Assembly: GCA_028534125.1 (NCBI GenBank)
Contig: CM052818.1
Location: forward strand, 21,950,001-22,014,000
Source of the DNA: Lama glama
Lineage: Eukaryota
Direction of reading: 5' to 3'
Length of the DNA: 64,000 bases
Shown piece after piece: positions 23,194-36,955 of the stretch. Under the pieces are notes generated by a model. That model had not been told where the DNA came from, ran no database searches, and saw only the letters and a list, made by a program, of their open reading frames with translations. Numbering within the stretch: position 1 is the first letter of the stretch; every line of letters begins with the position of its first letter. Both the position numbers and the translations under genes were made by a program.

Positions 23194-26100
23194 CATTATT
23201 CCTTTGTTTCAGCTCATGATTATTGCTGAACAATTGTGTTGAACAGAGAAGGGGGTATTTAACAAGAGTCTGCTCTCAGTAGCCTACATAAGATACACCA
23301 CCGTGGACCAAGCTCTCTCTGCCTCGGGACCTCAGCCTGGATTGCACTTTCTCTTGCCAAGTAACCTCCACTCATCCATAGGCTTTCGCTAAAATGATAC
23401 CTATGGGAAACTACATTTAGAACTTCCCCATTCAGAGCTCCTGTATGTTTCCCTCTGGACCTATATTTATTTCCTTTTTCATATTGTCAGTGCTTCTTTA
23501 ACTGTTTATTACTACAGCTAGCCTGTGAGCAGCACAAGGATAGGGCTTGTATTTCTCTTGCTTGCTCAGTAAGTGTTTGGTGAGTGCCTTAAATAATGAA
23601 TCCCCTCCCCCGACACCTAAGGAAACAGAGCAAATAAGTAATTGGCCTGAGATACACAGCAAGTCTTTGGGTAGAATTCCTAGAGCAGGAAGTTTCTAAA
23701 CAAAGTTTTCTAGGAGGAATTCCCACAGCAAACTTGTGAGAATCAAAATAACCAACTTTAATTGTACCTTCCCTCCATTCTTTCAGTCCCTGCCACTCTT
23801 TATGCTTTTAATATCACGGAAGGGTCCCAGGAAGATACAATGTAAAGATAAGGAAAGTATAAATCCAATAGAGATGTCTAAAAACAAATAGCATATCCAG
23901 AGGAATAGGGCTTGGGGGAAAAGAAAAGTCTAGGAGTGTCTTCCACCCTAGAGTAGATCTGTGAGGAGCAAGCACTTCTCCCCTTAATCCCTGACCCTGA
24001 CAGGTACAAGTTCTCATAATTAGGAGGAGTGAAGGGGCAATAAACTCGGGTCTCCAAAGACTGAGGCAAATCCAGAGAAACGAAAATAAGACTGACTCCT
24101 GGGGAAGGAATCAGAGAGCCTTTAGTTTTCTTGAGGGGCCACTTCTAACCCAGGTCAGCAGATAACAGGAGGCCAGGCATCTCGGCTGGTAAATGTCTTG
24201 AGTCCCCCTTGTCTTTAGCATTTTAACCTGAGGATTCAGGGTTATAAATGCTCACAAGTGACCCATGTTCCCAAGAGCCCTTGGGTCACTTGTGTTCAGG
24301 ATTGACACCCAATCCATAGGACTGCTCATAGGGTACCCTGAGCAGTGCCACAGCCTTGACCATAAGAGTTGCCCTGGGAAGGAAAGATGATATGATATGA
24401 ATATCCAGTGTTATATTATCCAGTGTGGGTAAATGAGTCTGCTTTCCCAGCAGAGAAACCCAGTATTTCATATACAGAACTGCTGTACTGATTTAAATGT
24501 ATGTTTTGAGGCAGAAAAAGATTCTCTACATTATAGTGGGACTGAGAACTTGCATGTCAGGCTGAAGCCAATACAAATTAAACAAATGGGTAACAAACCC
24601 CTCTGGAGAGGAGCTTATAATGGAAACACTGACGGGATATAATTATGACCTGGATTTTGATCACTACATTCTATTGAAGACACCTCCAGGATACAGTAGT
24701 TATGTAAAATACCTGTACACTGTTGTCAAGTGGCATTTTAGAAAAGTATTAGGGTAAAGTTAATTTTTAAGAGCCTCAAAAGCCACAGTACTGCTTAAAT
24801 GAGGAAGCCAACACTGCATTCTTTTTGCTACAAAGGAATTCAAGAGAGGCAAAGGGAGGAGGTGACTGGTGGCAATCCACTTAGGTCCTGTCTGTTGTTT
24901 CTTCACTTCTAAGAGGTTCTCAGCCTTCATAGCCTATGTTGAAGGTTTAATTGAGGGACTGGTACACAAGTGTAGCCTAATAGGATTTTCCTGAATAGTT
25001 AAAACTCAACAAATATTTATGGATTGCCTGTGGTACATACAACATAAATCACGATTATGCTCTCAAGGAATTAGAGAAATCTTCCAAATACACAAGGTAC
25101 CAATATGCAAAGCTATGCACTGTAGATACTATGGGGTCTTAAGACGCCTTATTTAGTTGAGGGATTAGGAAAAGCTTCTGAATACTAAGAGTTTAGACAA
25201 TGGGCAAAATCTTCAGGGAGAGACAAAAGTAAGGAGTGCTAGGGCATGGCAGGCAGAGGGAACATGAGAACTAAAGTGCAGAGGACCATAAGTTCTGTTT
25301 GGGGCAAAGCACTAGATAAGAGAAGCAGAACCTTCCAATGGGTGACAGTCATTAGTATGAGGTCAGCCTAGAGTACAAGATGGAAAGGGAGCTCATGGCT
25401 GCCACACTAAAGATATAAAACAATAAGGCTGCTTTATACACTGAAGGTTTGTTATCAGGAAGCAGTCCCATCAGAATTGTGTTAAAGTCTCCAATAAGAG
25501 CAAAACTGATAATGCCCCTCAGTGACAGAACTGTCCCTCTTTTCAAAAAGTAGGTTTGCTTCAGATACTTTTTACAGATTTAAATCCTTTCGTACTTCTC
25601 TTTCCATTTTTTCTTTCTCTCTTAAACAAAGAATACTATTTTATCCTGGTTCCAGCCCTCTGATGTCCAACCTCAAGCTAAGCCTGATCGACAAAACTGC
25701 AGATGAGAATTAAGAAAATAGAAAAAAAACCCTCAAAATATTCTCTTACAATTCGGCCTCCCACCTTCTGCAGTTTTCTTGTCCTTTTCTCTCCTGGGCC
25801 TCAGCAGGAGGAAAGCTGGGGGCCTCAGACTAGGGAGGACTGGCTGGTCTTATGCTGCTTGTTATACTGCACAACCGAGTTCCATGTCTTGGTAATCAGG
25901 GAAAGTTGAGTTCAGAAGGGCAAGAGTGTTGCTACGTATTTTCCTCTTCCAGGGTCCTTAATCTCTGTAAAAAAGACTTAGATTTAATTTTCTGAAAGCT
26001 TTGAGTTTTCTCTGTGTGTGGATGCACATAAACACACATCTGTACATCAAGTCTCTTCAGAGAGCGCACAGGAGGCCCTTCTCTCCCTGGTGGGAGTTCA

Positions 26101-27364
26101 AAGAAAACTTGGTAGAAAGATTAATCTTTGAAATTCACTGAAAGATTCCATCCCACTTGTTCGGTATGACAGATCTACGTCACCAAGTTTAAACTCTGCT
26201 CGGAGACGCAGCCTGCTGCCACAGCTCCGCTGTCCGTGGTGCTGATGGTCATGATCTGTTAGGTAGATAGGGTTGTTTCTCTTATTCCTGAGACACATGA
26301 TGGTGAATTGAAAGTCAAAGTGAATTGAAGAGCACTATGTCATAATGGCCATAGTTGTATTTTACTTTCTATCTGAAGAGCAACTTTAATTTTTACTACA
26401 TTGTGGAACAAAATTAGGGTTTACATATCCCAATGTATGTAGAGGGTTCACATACAATGAAAGTTCTATGATGTTTCAGTTGATTACAAAATATCCCCTT
26501 CTGGAAGGCACCTGGGCTATCCGCTGTTCCCCATATCCCTCTATTATAACTCTCCTGACTTTGAAAGTACTCTACAATCTGATCATAATACCTGCATAGC
26601 CCTATCTCCTGCTTTCAGCACACACTCTCTGCAGCAGTGAGGGCAACTGCCTCTTCACCCACCACATGCCACTGTCATTTGTACTTCCAGCTCATTCTGG
26701 TCCCCAGACTGTAATTTCCCTCTATAACTTTCCTTTCTGCTCATTAAAAACTCCACCCAGATTTCAAAGCCCAGCCTCTACCTTGCCTCCTCCATGTAAC
26801 CTTTTTTGATAATCCAATTAATTTTAGTTCTTTCTCTTCTCCAAATTCCTTCAGAATTTGTTACCGGGAAACTTTGACATTTCACCTTGGACCATAGCAC
26901 ATCTGGAAGGGAATCTCAGCTTTAGTTCTAGGCCAATGTAGTACAATGAAAGTGCAAGTGTTTTAGTATCAGACAATCCTCAAGGTCAATTCTAGCTCCT
27001 CCATTCCCTAACTTGAGTAAGATACTTAACCTTCTTCTCTAACTATGAAGAATAATGTCTACCTTATGGATTATGGCATTATATACACAGTATAAGTTAT
27101 TTGGCACACAGTAGGCTCTCAATTAATGAGTTCCTGCTTTCTTCTTCTTCCCCACTGCAGCCTTCATACCATCTAGCACAATGTTGCACACATGGTAAAT
27201 GTGCCTTTACTGAACTGCATGCAAAATTCAGCTCATCGACTCAACCTTGCTTTGTGATTCACATTCCAGAAACTGGCCATCTTTCATCAAGCACATTTGG
27301 GTCAGGGAGAGCAAACGTAAGAGGTATCACTGGAGAAGATGTTAAAATACTTGGCTTTTGAAAT

Positions 27365-27806
27365 GGTGATTGTTAATTTTATGTGTCAGCTCGACTGGGC
27401 TTAAAGGGATGCCCAGATAGCTGGTTAGACATTTTTTCTGAGTGTGTCTGTGACAGTATTTCTTGATGAGATTAGCGTTTGAATCGGTATACTGAGTAAA
27501 GAAACTGACCTTGCCAATGTAGGTGGGAATGATTCGATCCACTAAGGGCCTGAATAGAACAAAAAAGTGGAGGAAGGGCAAATTTGCTCTCTACCTGAGC
27601 TGGGACATAAATCTCTTGCCCTTGGACATCAGCACTGCTGGTTCTCAGGTCTTCACACTAGGACTGAATTACCCCACCAGTTTTTCTGGGTCTCCAGTTT
27701 GTGGATGGCAGATTGGGAAACTTCTTGGCTTCCATAATTCTGTGAGCCAAAACCTATAATGTTTCTTCTTTTACTACTGGTTCTTTCTCTGGAGAGACCT
27801 AATATA
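27365..27806 (+). mobile_element. ERVL solo LTR (MLT2-type)
   Basis: gttaattttatgtgtcagctcgactgggc..gggatgcccagatagctgg...tgtgagccaa..ggttctttctctggagag. Confidence 0.88.
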
Positions 27807-28604
27807 GTCATGTTCTCAATAAATGTCTGACGAACGAGTGCAAAACTCACAGACATGGGCACTGGTGAAGGATACATGTAGATGTGAAAACCTGACTTCT
27901 GCACAGTCTGTGCCCCAAACTCTTTAAAATTCAAAGTACAGTGTTGGAGGAAATTTCCACTCTACACTTGCCAAATTTTGACTTTTCTCCCCCTGACATT
28001 TTTATTTTCTATTATCAGAAAGGGCAGAATTTCTTCTGAAAAAGAAAAGAAAAAGAAGATACATAGAATATCGGTTTTAAGTGTTATTTTTGTTCTTGAA
28101 AAGGCTCCTCATAGACTTTAAAAGAAAGCTTTTTTCCTTCAGAGATTTATTTTGATAGAATTATCTGAGCCTTGTCAGGGAGAACAAAATTTTTGTGAGT
28201 CTACCATACCAGTAAAATGCCAAATTATATGCTGTAAGTTTTCTGTTTTATTATCTCTGGGTCCAGTCAAAGAGAGAAAAAGATTTGGAATCCAGAACTA
28301 TTAGCATTTGGAGACAAAAGAGAGCTTTCACTGCAGTTGATCCCCAGGGCTTGTTCCCCAGGCCTACAGGCTCCATCTCTCAGGTGGGAAGATGCTGCAT
28401 TGCCCCCCTTCCTCCACACACACTACCCATCTGGTGATCCAAGGAGTTTACAAACAGGATCAATTTCCCTAGCAACCTCTTTCAAAAGCTTTTTTTTTTA
28501 TAATGAGCACCAAGCGATCAGCACACATATATCCCCTCTTTTAAAAAAAAAAAGGAGTATTTTACTGAGGGAATTAAATCCACACTGGTATACCCTGGTC
28601 ACAA

Positions 28605-28857
28605 AGCAGCATAATGTAGTGGGAAGAGTTTAGACTTTAAAACCAGACACACTGAGATGAGAATGCCAGCTCTACCACTGTCTGGCTCTGCTACTTTGGG
28701 CAAATTACCTAACCTCTCTGAGCCTCTGTTTCTTCATTTGTAAAAGAGGAGATGATATCTATGTTGAGGAGTCATGGTTAGAATTAAAAATTATATTTGT
28801 CAAATGCCTTATGCATTGGCTTGCCTGGAGTAGGAGCTCCATAAATGGTAGTTACTA
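28605..28857 (+). mobile_element. Near full-length MIR
   Basis: ccagctctaccact..ttgggcaaattacctaacctctctgagcctctgtttcttcatttgtaaaa. Confidence 0.85.
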
Positions 28858-28899
28858 AATGCTGTTACTATAAATGAAACTTGGGACTATGCCATCTGA

Positions 28900-30120
28900 G
28901 AGACAAACTTCAGGTGTTGAAGACGCCACAAGCAGGCTAGTGTGAGTGGGAAGAGGTACCAACAACAGGGAGCAAGTTGGTGAGGCTGCAGAAATGAGGG
29001 GGGCCACATCAGGGAGGATCTGATGCAGCCACAGCAAGGTCTTTGGATCTTTGTTCTAAGTGTGATGGAAAAGCCATACAGAGCTTTGATTAGGGGAATA
29101 CAATTATTCAATTATGTTTTTAAAATAATGTCTTTGGTTGCTGTGTAGAAAAGAGACTGTAGTCGAGTGGTTAGGAAGCTATTTCAGGAGTCCAGGTGAG
29201 AGCTGGTAATGGTGGGAGGTGGTGATACAGGGGAGAAGACGTGTTGTGAAGTGTAGGATGTCTTGATGGTGGAGTTGACAGGACTTGTTGATAGACTGGA
29301 TGCCTCGTGTTAAGAGAGAGGAGAGGGAAAATATGATTTTTAGGGTTTTGCACAGAGGAATCAGGAGATTGGAACAGCCACAAGACGGGGAGGACTGTGG
29401 GAGAAGCAGTTTGGATCAGAGAGAGCAGGGAATGAAGAGTTCTGCTCTGGACATGTGGGGTTTGAGGTCACTATAATAACATTCAAGTGGGAACTGAAGA
29501 CTGGCCCTCAGAGAAGTGAGATAGGAATTTGGGCGTCATCATCCTAAAGATGGTACAGAGAGGCATGAGACCAGAGAAGATCCAAGGTAGAGAGAGAAGG
29601 AACTCAAGACCTGAGGCCCAGGGCACTGCAACATTTAAAAGCTGGAGAAAGGAGGAAATCCAGAAAAACAGACGTAGGAGGAGTATCCCCCGTGGACTTG
29701 GTTGCAGAAAAATATCAGTAAGTGGAATGGTGGGGACAAAAGCCGGATGTGAATAAGTTCAAGAGTGAATAGAAACTGATGAAGTACAGGGGGAAAAACA
29801 CTATAGATAACTCTTATTGGGGATTTTATCGTAAAGGGAAAAAGAGAGACAGTTGCTAGAGAGAGAAGTAGAGTCTTAATGGTTTTTTTTTTTTAAGACG
29901 GAAAATACATTAGAATGCATGCTGATGGATTCATTTAGCAGAGAGGGGAACTTGATGGTGCAGGAAAAAAGAGAAAACTTCAGGAGTGAAGTCCTTGAGC
30001 AGGTCAGAGGAGGTGACATCTGAACAAAAGCAGAAGGGTTGGCCTTAGGCACAGTGGATTGTAAGAGGGAAGAAAGCCAAGTTTATAGGCAGAGATTCAG
30101 GAGGCTGGTAGAATAATTGT
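28900..30120 (-). mobile_element. L2 fragment
   Basis: Purine-rich L2 antisense motifs (ttgttctaagtgtgatggaaaagcc, ttaggaagctatt..tccaggtgagag, gaagtccttgagcagg). Confidence 0.75.
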
Positions 30121-32264
30121 CTTGCATATTCCAGAACAGGGCCTGGGCCAGAGCACATTCTGGAGCAGATCTTATATTGGAAATGGGGGCATTCTATCAG
30201 TATGATATTTCGGAGCATAATATAAGGAAAGTTAATTTTGTTTTTCTCCTGGTTCCCTCCCATCGACCCCTCCAGCAGCTTCTGAGGCTTTTCTAACCAG
30301 ACTCCAGCATGGACACTGCATGCTAATGAGATAACACTTGGTCCAATCCCAGGCACTTGTTTCTGAATAATTAATCTGGCACTTTACCAGCACCTACAGG
30401 CTTGGTTTTTCTGATGATTAAATAAAAGGCCAAGGCTCTTAACCATCAACTAGCTCTTCGGTGCAGTTTGGCTCCATGTCATGTTAACCCACTGGGAAGT
30501 CTGGAACGATATGATGAAAGCAGAACATCCTCCCCCTTTTTGGCCCTCCCCCAAATCGTCGCTCAGACAGCAGGTCAGCTTAGCCTCTCCGGGAAGATGA
30601 AGGAGGACAGGATGTCCTAACAGTTCTGACCCCTCACACCCATTCCAAGCATCACCTGGACCCTCTGGCTTTCCTGAGTCCCTTCCAACCATTCAAGGGC
30701 CTTGTTTTTGTTTGCTTTCTGGCAATTCTCATGTCTCCCTCCTCTCTGTCCTCCAGTTTTATATTTCTCCTGAATGTGATCAATGTCATCTCAAGTTCCC
30801 CAGACTGTATGACTCGAAGCCCTGAGTGCAAAAGAAAGTCTCCTTCCTAGTGAGAATCTAAAAAAATCCAAAACAGTAACAGGTTTCTCTCAGTTCAAGT
30901 TTGAAAATGCCAATCAAAAGCCCCACCTTTTAAAGAAGTTTTGAGATTTCTTTAGAGATGACAGAAAGATGGAAGAGAAAGAGGATTGGGTAGCAACTGG
31001 TTTTTGTGAAGTCCTGCTGGCACTGCAGAGCTTCCCAAATTCACAAGGGGCACCAGAGGCACTGAGATGGCAGAGATTGTTGTGGCAGAAGCAACTGGAA
31101 AATGTCCTGGGACTGAAACACAGACAGATTAACATCACCCCAGTGGACACTAATGACTTGCACTTTGAAATGCCAGAGGCTCATACTGCCAGTTAAGACA
31201 AGGAAAAAACACATTTCTAGTCTCCAAAGACCTTAGATCTTTCCAAACTCTGCAGGCAAATGCAGCTGTCATGAATTTCTGCAGCTGGACAGCCCCTACG
31301 TGCCGCTAGGGGAATCATTGCCAGAGTTGCTGTGGGCAGTGTAGTCAGTAAAGCTGAATAAAACAATCACTGAAAACCTCTCAGAGGTTAAGTTAGTAAT
31401 GATTCAATTTATAATTCAACGCAGTCAAGCCGACAGCATTTCCAAATGCCGAGCTTACTTTAGTGGTACTACGTAAAACATTCTCTCCTCTGAATGTTCA
31501 CAAGCTCAACAAAAGCATTTCCAAACAAGTTTTATAATTTACTATCGACAGATAATTAGAATGTGTTTTCAATCACCGGCATCTGGATAAAGTAATTTTG
31601 TCTCAGCACGGGCATTTCCAGGAAGCAAACAGAAGTCAAGGAGGAAAGAGCCTGCTGGAAGCTTTTTCAAAAGGAAAATCTTTCAAGAACTGCTCTCAGC
31701 TGCAGGAAGGGAACATTCCCACATGAAATTGATTAGCAACATAAATGTGGGCTTTGAGTAATGAGAATCAACAAAAGAGTATCTGGTGTGACTGAAGGAA
31801 GGCAATCTCTGGTTAAACACATAAAACTGCAAACGGGTAGGAACTGGTAACAGGTAATGTCAATCTTAAGAAGTCAGTCCTAAATGAATCTAAAATTCGT
31901 AAGTCACAGGTTTCTGAGGTTAATCTAGCACTTCTAAATCTGGTCAACAAACAACTTTCCAATGCTATAAGCAAGGGGCAAAGTAAACTGCACCTGAGTT
32001 CTCAATTTCTCATCCAGTTGAGAAGACCAAACTGCCAGAAGGAAAGGGGAGTATAATCAAATGCCAAATTGTGAGATACTGATTTTAAGTTACAAAGTTC
32101 AGAAATGAGAGAAATCAGTGTTGGCTGGGGTGGAAGAGTTCCTGGGAGACTGAGTAGCAAAAGACTCCAAATGAACCCAAATACATCTTTTCCTGGCCTG
32201 CCCACAATTGTCGCCATTATTTCTGTGCTTTTGCATGACAGTCTTTATTTTAAAACAGTGCAGG

Positions 32265-32450
32265 GTGGTGGTTAGATAGACTGGCTTTGGAACCAGCCTT
32301 TCTGAGTTTCAAACCTGGCTCAACCATTTATTAGCTGTGTGATCTTGAGCAAATTAGCCTTTCTGTGCCTTAGTTTCTTCATTTATAAAATGTAGTTAAT
32401 AGAATCCACCTTACAGAACTGTTAGGAACAATAAATGAATGAATTTATAT
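32265..32450 (+). mobile_element. MIR
   Basis: ttattagctgtgtgatcttgagcaaatt..tctgtgccttagtttcttcatttataaaatg. Confidence 0.8.
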
Positions 32451-32914
32451 AATTTGCTCAATAAATTTATAATTTGGTGTGTAACGGAATCACCTGGAGA
32501 ATTTATGTAAACTATGTTACGGGGTTTGTAAAAGTTAAAGAAACTAAGCCCCCTAAAGCAGTTAATTTTATCTGGGGAGATGATAGTAGAGTGTAGTGTA
32601 GAACTTAATTGAGATGTTTTTCTTTGAAAGTCTCACTGCCAAGCCACTTGATCAGCAAACCATTTTACCTTTGCTCTAGGGTGTTTCTCCTCAACCTCTT
32701 GCACCATTTTGCTCTGGAATATTTTTGGTGTGTTACTTTCAGTTTGGAGTATATCTGATTTTTTTAAAAAATTCATTTATTCTTGACTTACTCCTTTTTG
32801 TTGAAACTTTGAAGTATAGTTTGGTTTTATTTTAACCTTTCAGAATTTTCAGTGTGGTATTTTTAAAAACTGTAATGAAGTTAATATAAACAAAATGATA
32901 AAAAAAAAACAGAA

Positions 32915-33912
32915 ATGACATAGGAAGAACACTCTTTTACATAAATCACAGCAATATTTTTTGAATCAGCTTCTAGAGTGATGGAAATAAAAGCAAAAAT
33001 AAACCAATGGGACCTAATTAAACTTAAAAGCTTTTGCACGGCTAAGGGTACCATCAACAAAAAAGAAAAGACAACCTACAGAATGGGAGAAAAATATCTG
33101 CAAATGATGCGACCAACAAGGGACTGATTTCTGAAACATACGAACAGCTCATACAGCCTAATATCAAAAAAACAAGCAACCCAATCAAAAAATGAGCAGA
33201 AGACCTAAACAGATTTCTCTCCAAAGAAGACATCCAGATGGCCAATAAGCACATGAAAAGATGCTCAACATTGCTGATTGTTAGAGAAATGCAAATCAAA
33301 ACTACAATTAGATATCACTTCACACCAGTCAGAATGGCTATCATTAAAAAGTCCACAAATGATAAATGCTGGAGAGGGTGTGGAGAAAAAGGAACCCTCC
33401 TAGACTGTTGGTGGAAATGTAAATTGGTGCAGCCACTATGGAGGACAGTATGGAGGTTCCTTAAAAAAACTAAACATAAACTTACCATATTATACAGCAA
33501 TCTCACTCCTGGGCATATATCTGGAGAAAAATGTACTTCAAAAAGACACATGTACCCCAATATTCATACAAGCACTATTTACAATAGCCAAGACATGGAA
33601 ACAATCTAAATGTCCACTTATGATGGACAGATAAAGAAGATGTGGTATATATATATACAATGGAATACTACTCAGCCATAAAAAAGAATAAAATAATGCC
33701 ATTTGCAGCAACATGGATGGACCTGGAGATTGTCATTCTAAGTGAAGAAAGCCAAAAAGAGAAATAAGAATACCATAAGATATCACTTATATGTGGAATC
33801 TTAAAAAAGGACACAAATGAACTTATCTACAAAACGGAAACAGACTCACAAACAAAGAGAACGAACTTATGGTAAAGGGAGTGGGAAGCGATAAATCAGG
33901 AGTTTGAAATTT
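32915..33912 (+). mobile_element. LINE-1 fragment (ORF2 C-terminus plus partial 3' UTR)
   Basis: ORF 33238..33609 ([23 protein letters not shown]..) is L1 ORF2p; homologous to the 3 kb and 13 kb copies. Confidence 0.93.
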
Positions 33913-34184
33913 ACACCTCTTGGGGAATGATGGAAATGTTAGCTATCTTGATTGTGATGATGGTTTCATGTCTATCAAAATTCATTAAATTGTACATTTG
34001 AAAATGTAGTTTACTGTACAGGAATCATACCATGGTAAAGGTGTTTAAAAAATGAGAACACAGAGAATGAATTAAAACATTGAAAAATTTTAAAAGAATC
34101 AACCCTTATCTATGTTTAGAAGAAGCATGCTGTTAAAAATTAAACCTAAAACTATGAAGAATGATGATCCTATCCAAACTCAGT

Positions 34185-34960
34185 ATGTATTAAGTTGGGC
34201 CTCTTTCTAGTGCAACAGCAAACACCTCTCTCAAACTAGCTGAAGTACAAAAGTGATTTACTGGCTCATGTACCTGGGAAGTCTAGGCGTGAATTGGGCT
34301 TTAAGCACAATTGGACACAGAAACTCCAATGAAGTCACCAGGCTTCTGTCCAGTCCTTGGCTCTGCTTCTCTGTATTGTTCTAATTCTTTCTTACTACAT
34401 GCAGGTGTCTTCATGGGGCAGGGAGAGTGGCCACCAGCAATTACTGAGTCACATTTTCATGGCTGATAAATCTACAATGAGACGTCTTTCCCACCAACTG
34501 CAGTTAGTAAAATTCAATGAATTATGCCAATTGCCTTAGTTTGGGTCCCTCTCACTCTAGCCAAAAGGTTGGGATTCTCTCATAGGCTAAGCCTGGCTCA
34601 TGTGCTGATCCCTGTGACCACAAGTGAGGGGTGATATTGGAAATCAGAGGTATGTACATAGGGGAAACACTGGAAAAATCAAAAAAAAAAAGGAAAAATG
34701 CTGGCATAGTCTCCTTCTTCTAATATGCAGCAATAACCCATATCTTTCTTCTCATCTATAACTCAACAAAGTGCTTTAATCTAACATAATTCAACTGACC
34801 CACACTATATTGAAAACCCACAATTCATTCTCCAGGGGGCGACAACCCCAAGACACACATTGTTTCTACATCCTCTTTGCTCTACCATGTTCCCAGGTGA
34901 TCTGCATTCCTCCCAATCAGGCCTGGAAAGCAAGATGGGTAGCCAAGAACAGCAGCCATA
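34185..34960 (-). mobile_element. Old MaLR LTR (MLT1K/L-like), possibly with adjoining internal sequence
   Basis: ctcaaactagctgaag..gatttactggctcatgtacctgggaagtct; downstream ttctccaggggg..gacaacccc resembles MLT1-int. Confidence 0.5.
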
Positions 34961-36356
34961 TCAGTGTCTTTGCAACTTAATGCAATGGAAAAAAAATCCA
35001 TATATTCTTTACTAAGTCCAAGTAAACTCTATTAGTCTCTGCCTCCAAATTAAACTGAAGTTATCAGAAGTTGCATAAAAGTGTCTAACTTGTAAAAGAT
35101 AATTTTTTCCAACCCTTAGAGAGACACTAGCTAAAACAAAAATTTCACATTATTTATTGCTCTGAGAAAATTAAATACATTTTCTAGTTCCTTACAAACA
35201 AAACAAAAAAACTTCAATTAATCAGCAAATTTAAGAGAGTCACATTTTAGGAATTGACAATGACTGCCAATAAAGACTTCCTAAAGTTTCTGTTCAGCTA
35301 TAAGAAGGATGATAACTGTTTTCCATCTTGAAGGGACTCAAGTTGTATGGTACACTGAAATGCCAATTATGTTTGACTACTATTCTATATTGATTTATAC
35401 AGACACTATCCGCCCTGTGGGAAACACATAAACTTTCAGCCTTCACACATGATAACACTGGGAAAATACCAGCGATAACCCCTTGTTGCCCGTGCTGGAT
35501 ACTTTCTTACAGTAAATGACCCTGCATCTGTCTTCCTGGTTCTTGCACTTATGAAAGAATTATTGTTTGACAAGTGTTGCTGAAGGGTGTAACAATGACA
35601 AATTAGACCTTCACTTATAATGAGAATCTTGAGGCTGTGTGCAAATAAAGGTCTGAGTGGAAAAATTTTTGAATAATTAGGAATTACATGCATGAATAAA
35701 TTTGGATATGAAAAATGTAGTTACAGATGGAAGAGGCCCTTGATTCATCAGACAAGTTGCCTTAAGAGAAAATACAATCATAGTTAAACACTAAATCTGC
35801 CGCTTAAACTATGTTAAGGCTTTTAAGCAAAATAGGCTTTTTAACTCAAGGCAATCACTTGGTATTTTGCTCGCACTATTTTGTATTTGTGTGAAAATTG
35901 GAGGAGACTCCAAAAAGGCCAACAAACAATTATAAATGATCAGTTCTATTTTTTGATTCTTTGTGGGTCATCATAAATTACTATGAGGCCAAAAAAAAGT
36001 TAATTTGACCAAAGTAAAGGAGATTAATGTCCACAGCCTTGTTAATTTCCCCTTCAGGGCGCTGAGTACCATAATCTGAGGTGAGAATTTTGAAAGTAAA
36101 TGTTTCTTTTTTTATTTTTTAACTTTGGTCTTAAAAGAAAATCTTTGTCTTAGATTGTATGGTCACAGTCTCAGATAGTTCATATTTTATGTAAAATGGT
36201 TTAGCAACAACAGCAAGTTTTGATGTTTGAGAAACTATTTGCTGGAGAAGTCAATTATGTGGTTCCCGTGAACAGGTCTCTCTAGCTCTAAGAGGTACAG
36301 CCCAATACATTTGTCTGCCTGCTGTTTACCCTGCATGATATCGACATGATTGAGTA

Positions 36357-36955
36357 CAGTGTTTTCAAACTCCAAGTCATGCTGTATTAATACGTAGTGA
36401 AATCAAAATACAACCGACATTTACAATCTTTTTCTTTTTGAACACTTAAAACCGCATACAAAGTAGAGAGAACAGTAAAATGAACTCCCATACACCCATC
36501 ACTCAGACCCAACAAATACCAAGATAGTGTCACACTTGCTTCTTATATTCTTTTGCTTTTTTTTTTTTAAAGTCTATGGGGAAATGTCTTCAAGAAAATT
36601 CCAGACAGCATGTTAATTTACTTCTACATATCCCAGCATGTATCTCCAAAAATATATAAATATTTTCTTACATAACCACAGAGCCCATTATTACACTGAA
36701 ATAGTTAGCAATGGTTCTCATATTGTGTACTGTACCCCATCTAAAAAAGGTCTTCTAGCTGTTTAAATTAGGATCAATCAGCATTTTAAAAAACAAAATA
36801 GAGGAAAATAGATTAGTAAATATCCAATGGCATCATATGCAGTAAGGTTCATCATTGTTTTATAAAATTTCTTTATGTATATGTGTATTTGTGTCATTTA
36901 TAAAATGCATTTTCTTACTGTTGGCCATAGCCACAGAAGCATGAACGCCACTGGC
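36357..36955. mobile_element. hAT-Charlie-type element split by an antisense L1M fragment (~36430-36770)
   Basis: Termini cagtgttttcaaac ... gaacgccactg; insert contains aaagtagagagaacagtaaaatgaactcccatacacccatcac. Confidence 0.6.

Noticed and set aside
26098..26298. 66-aa minus-strand ORF in a mildly CpG-rich patch, considered as a pseudogene or exon
   Set aside because: No recognisable protein similarity, poly(A)/TSD or convincing splice sites. It cannot be supported without a database search.
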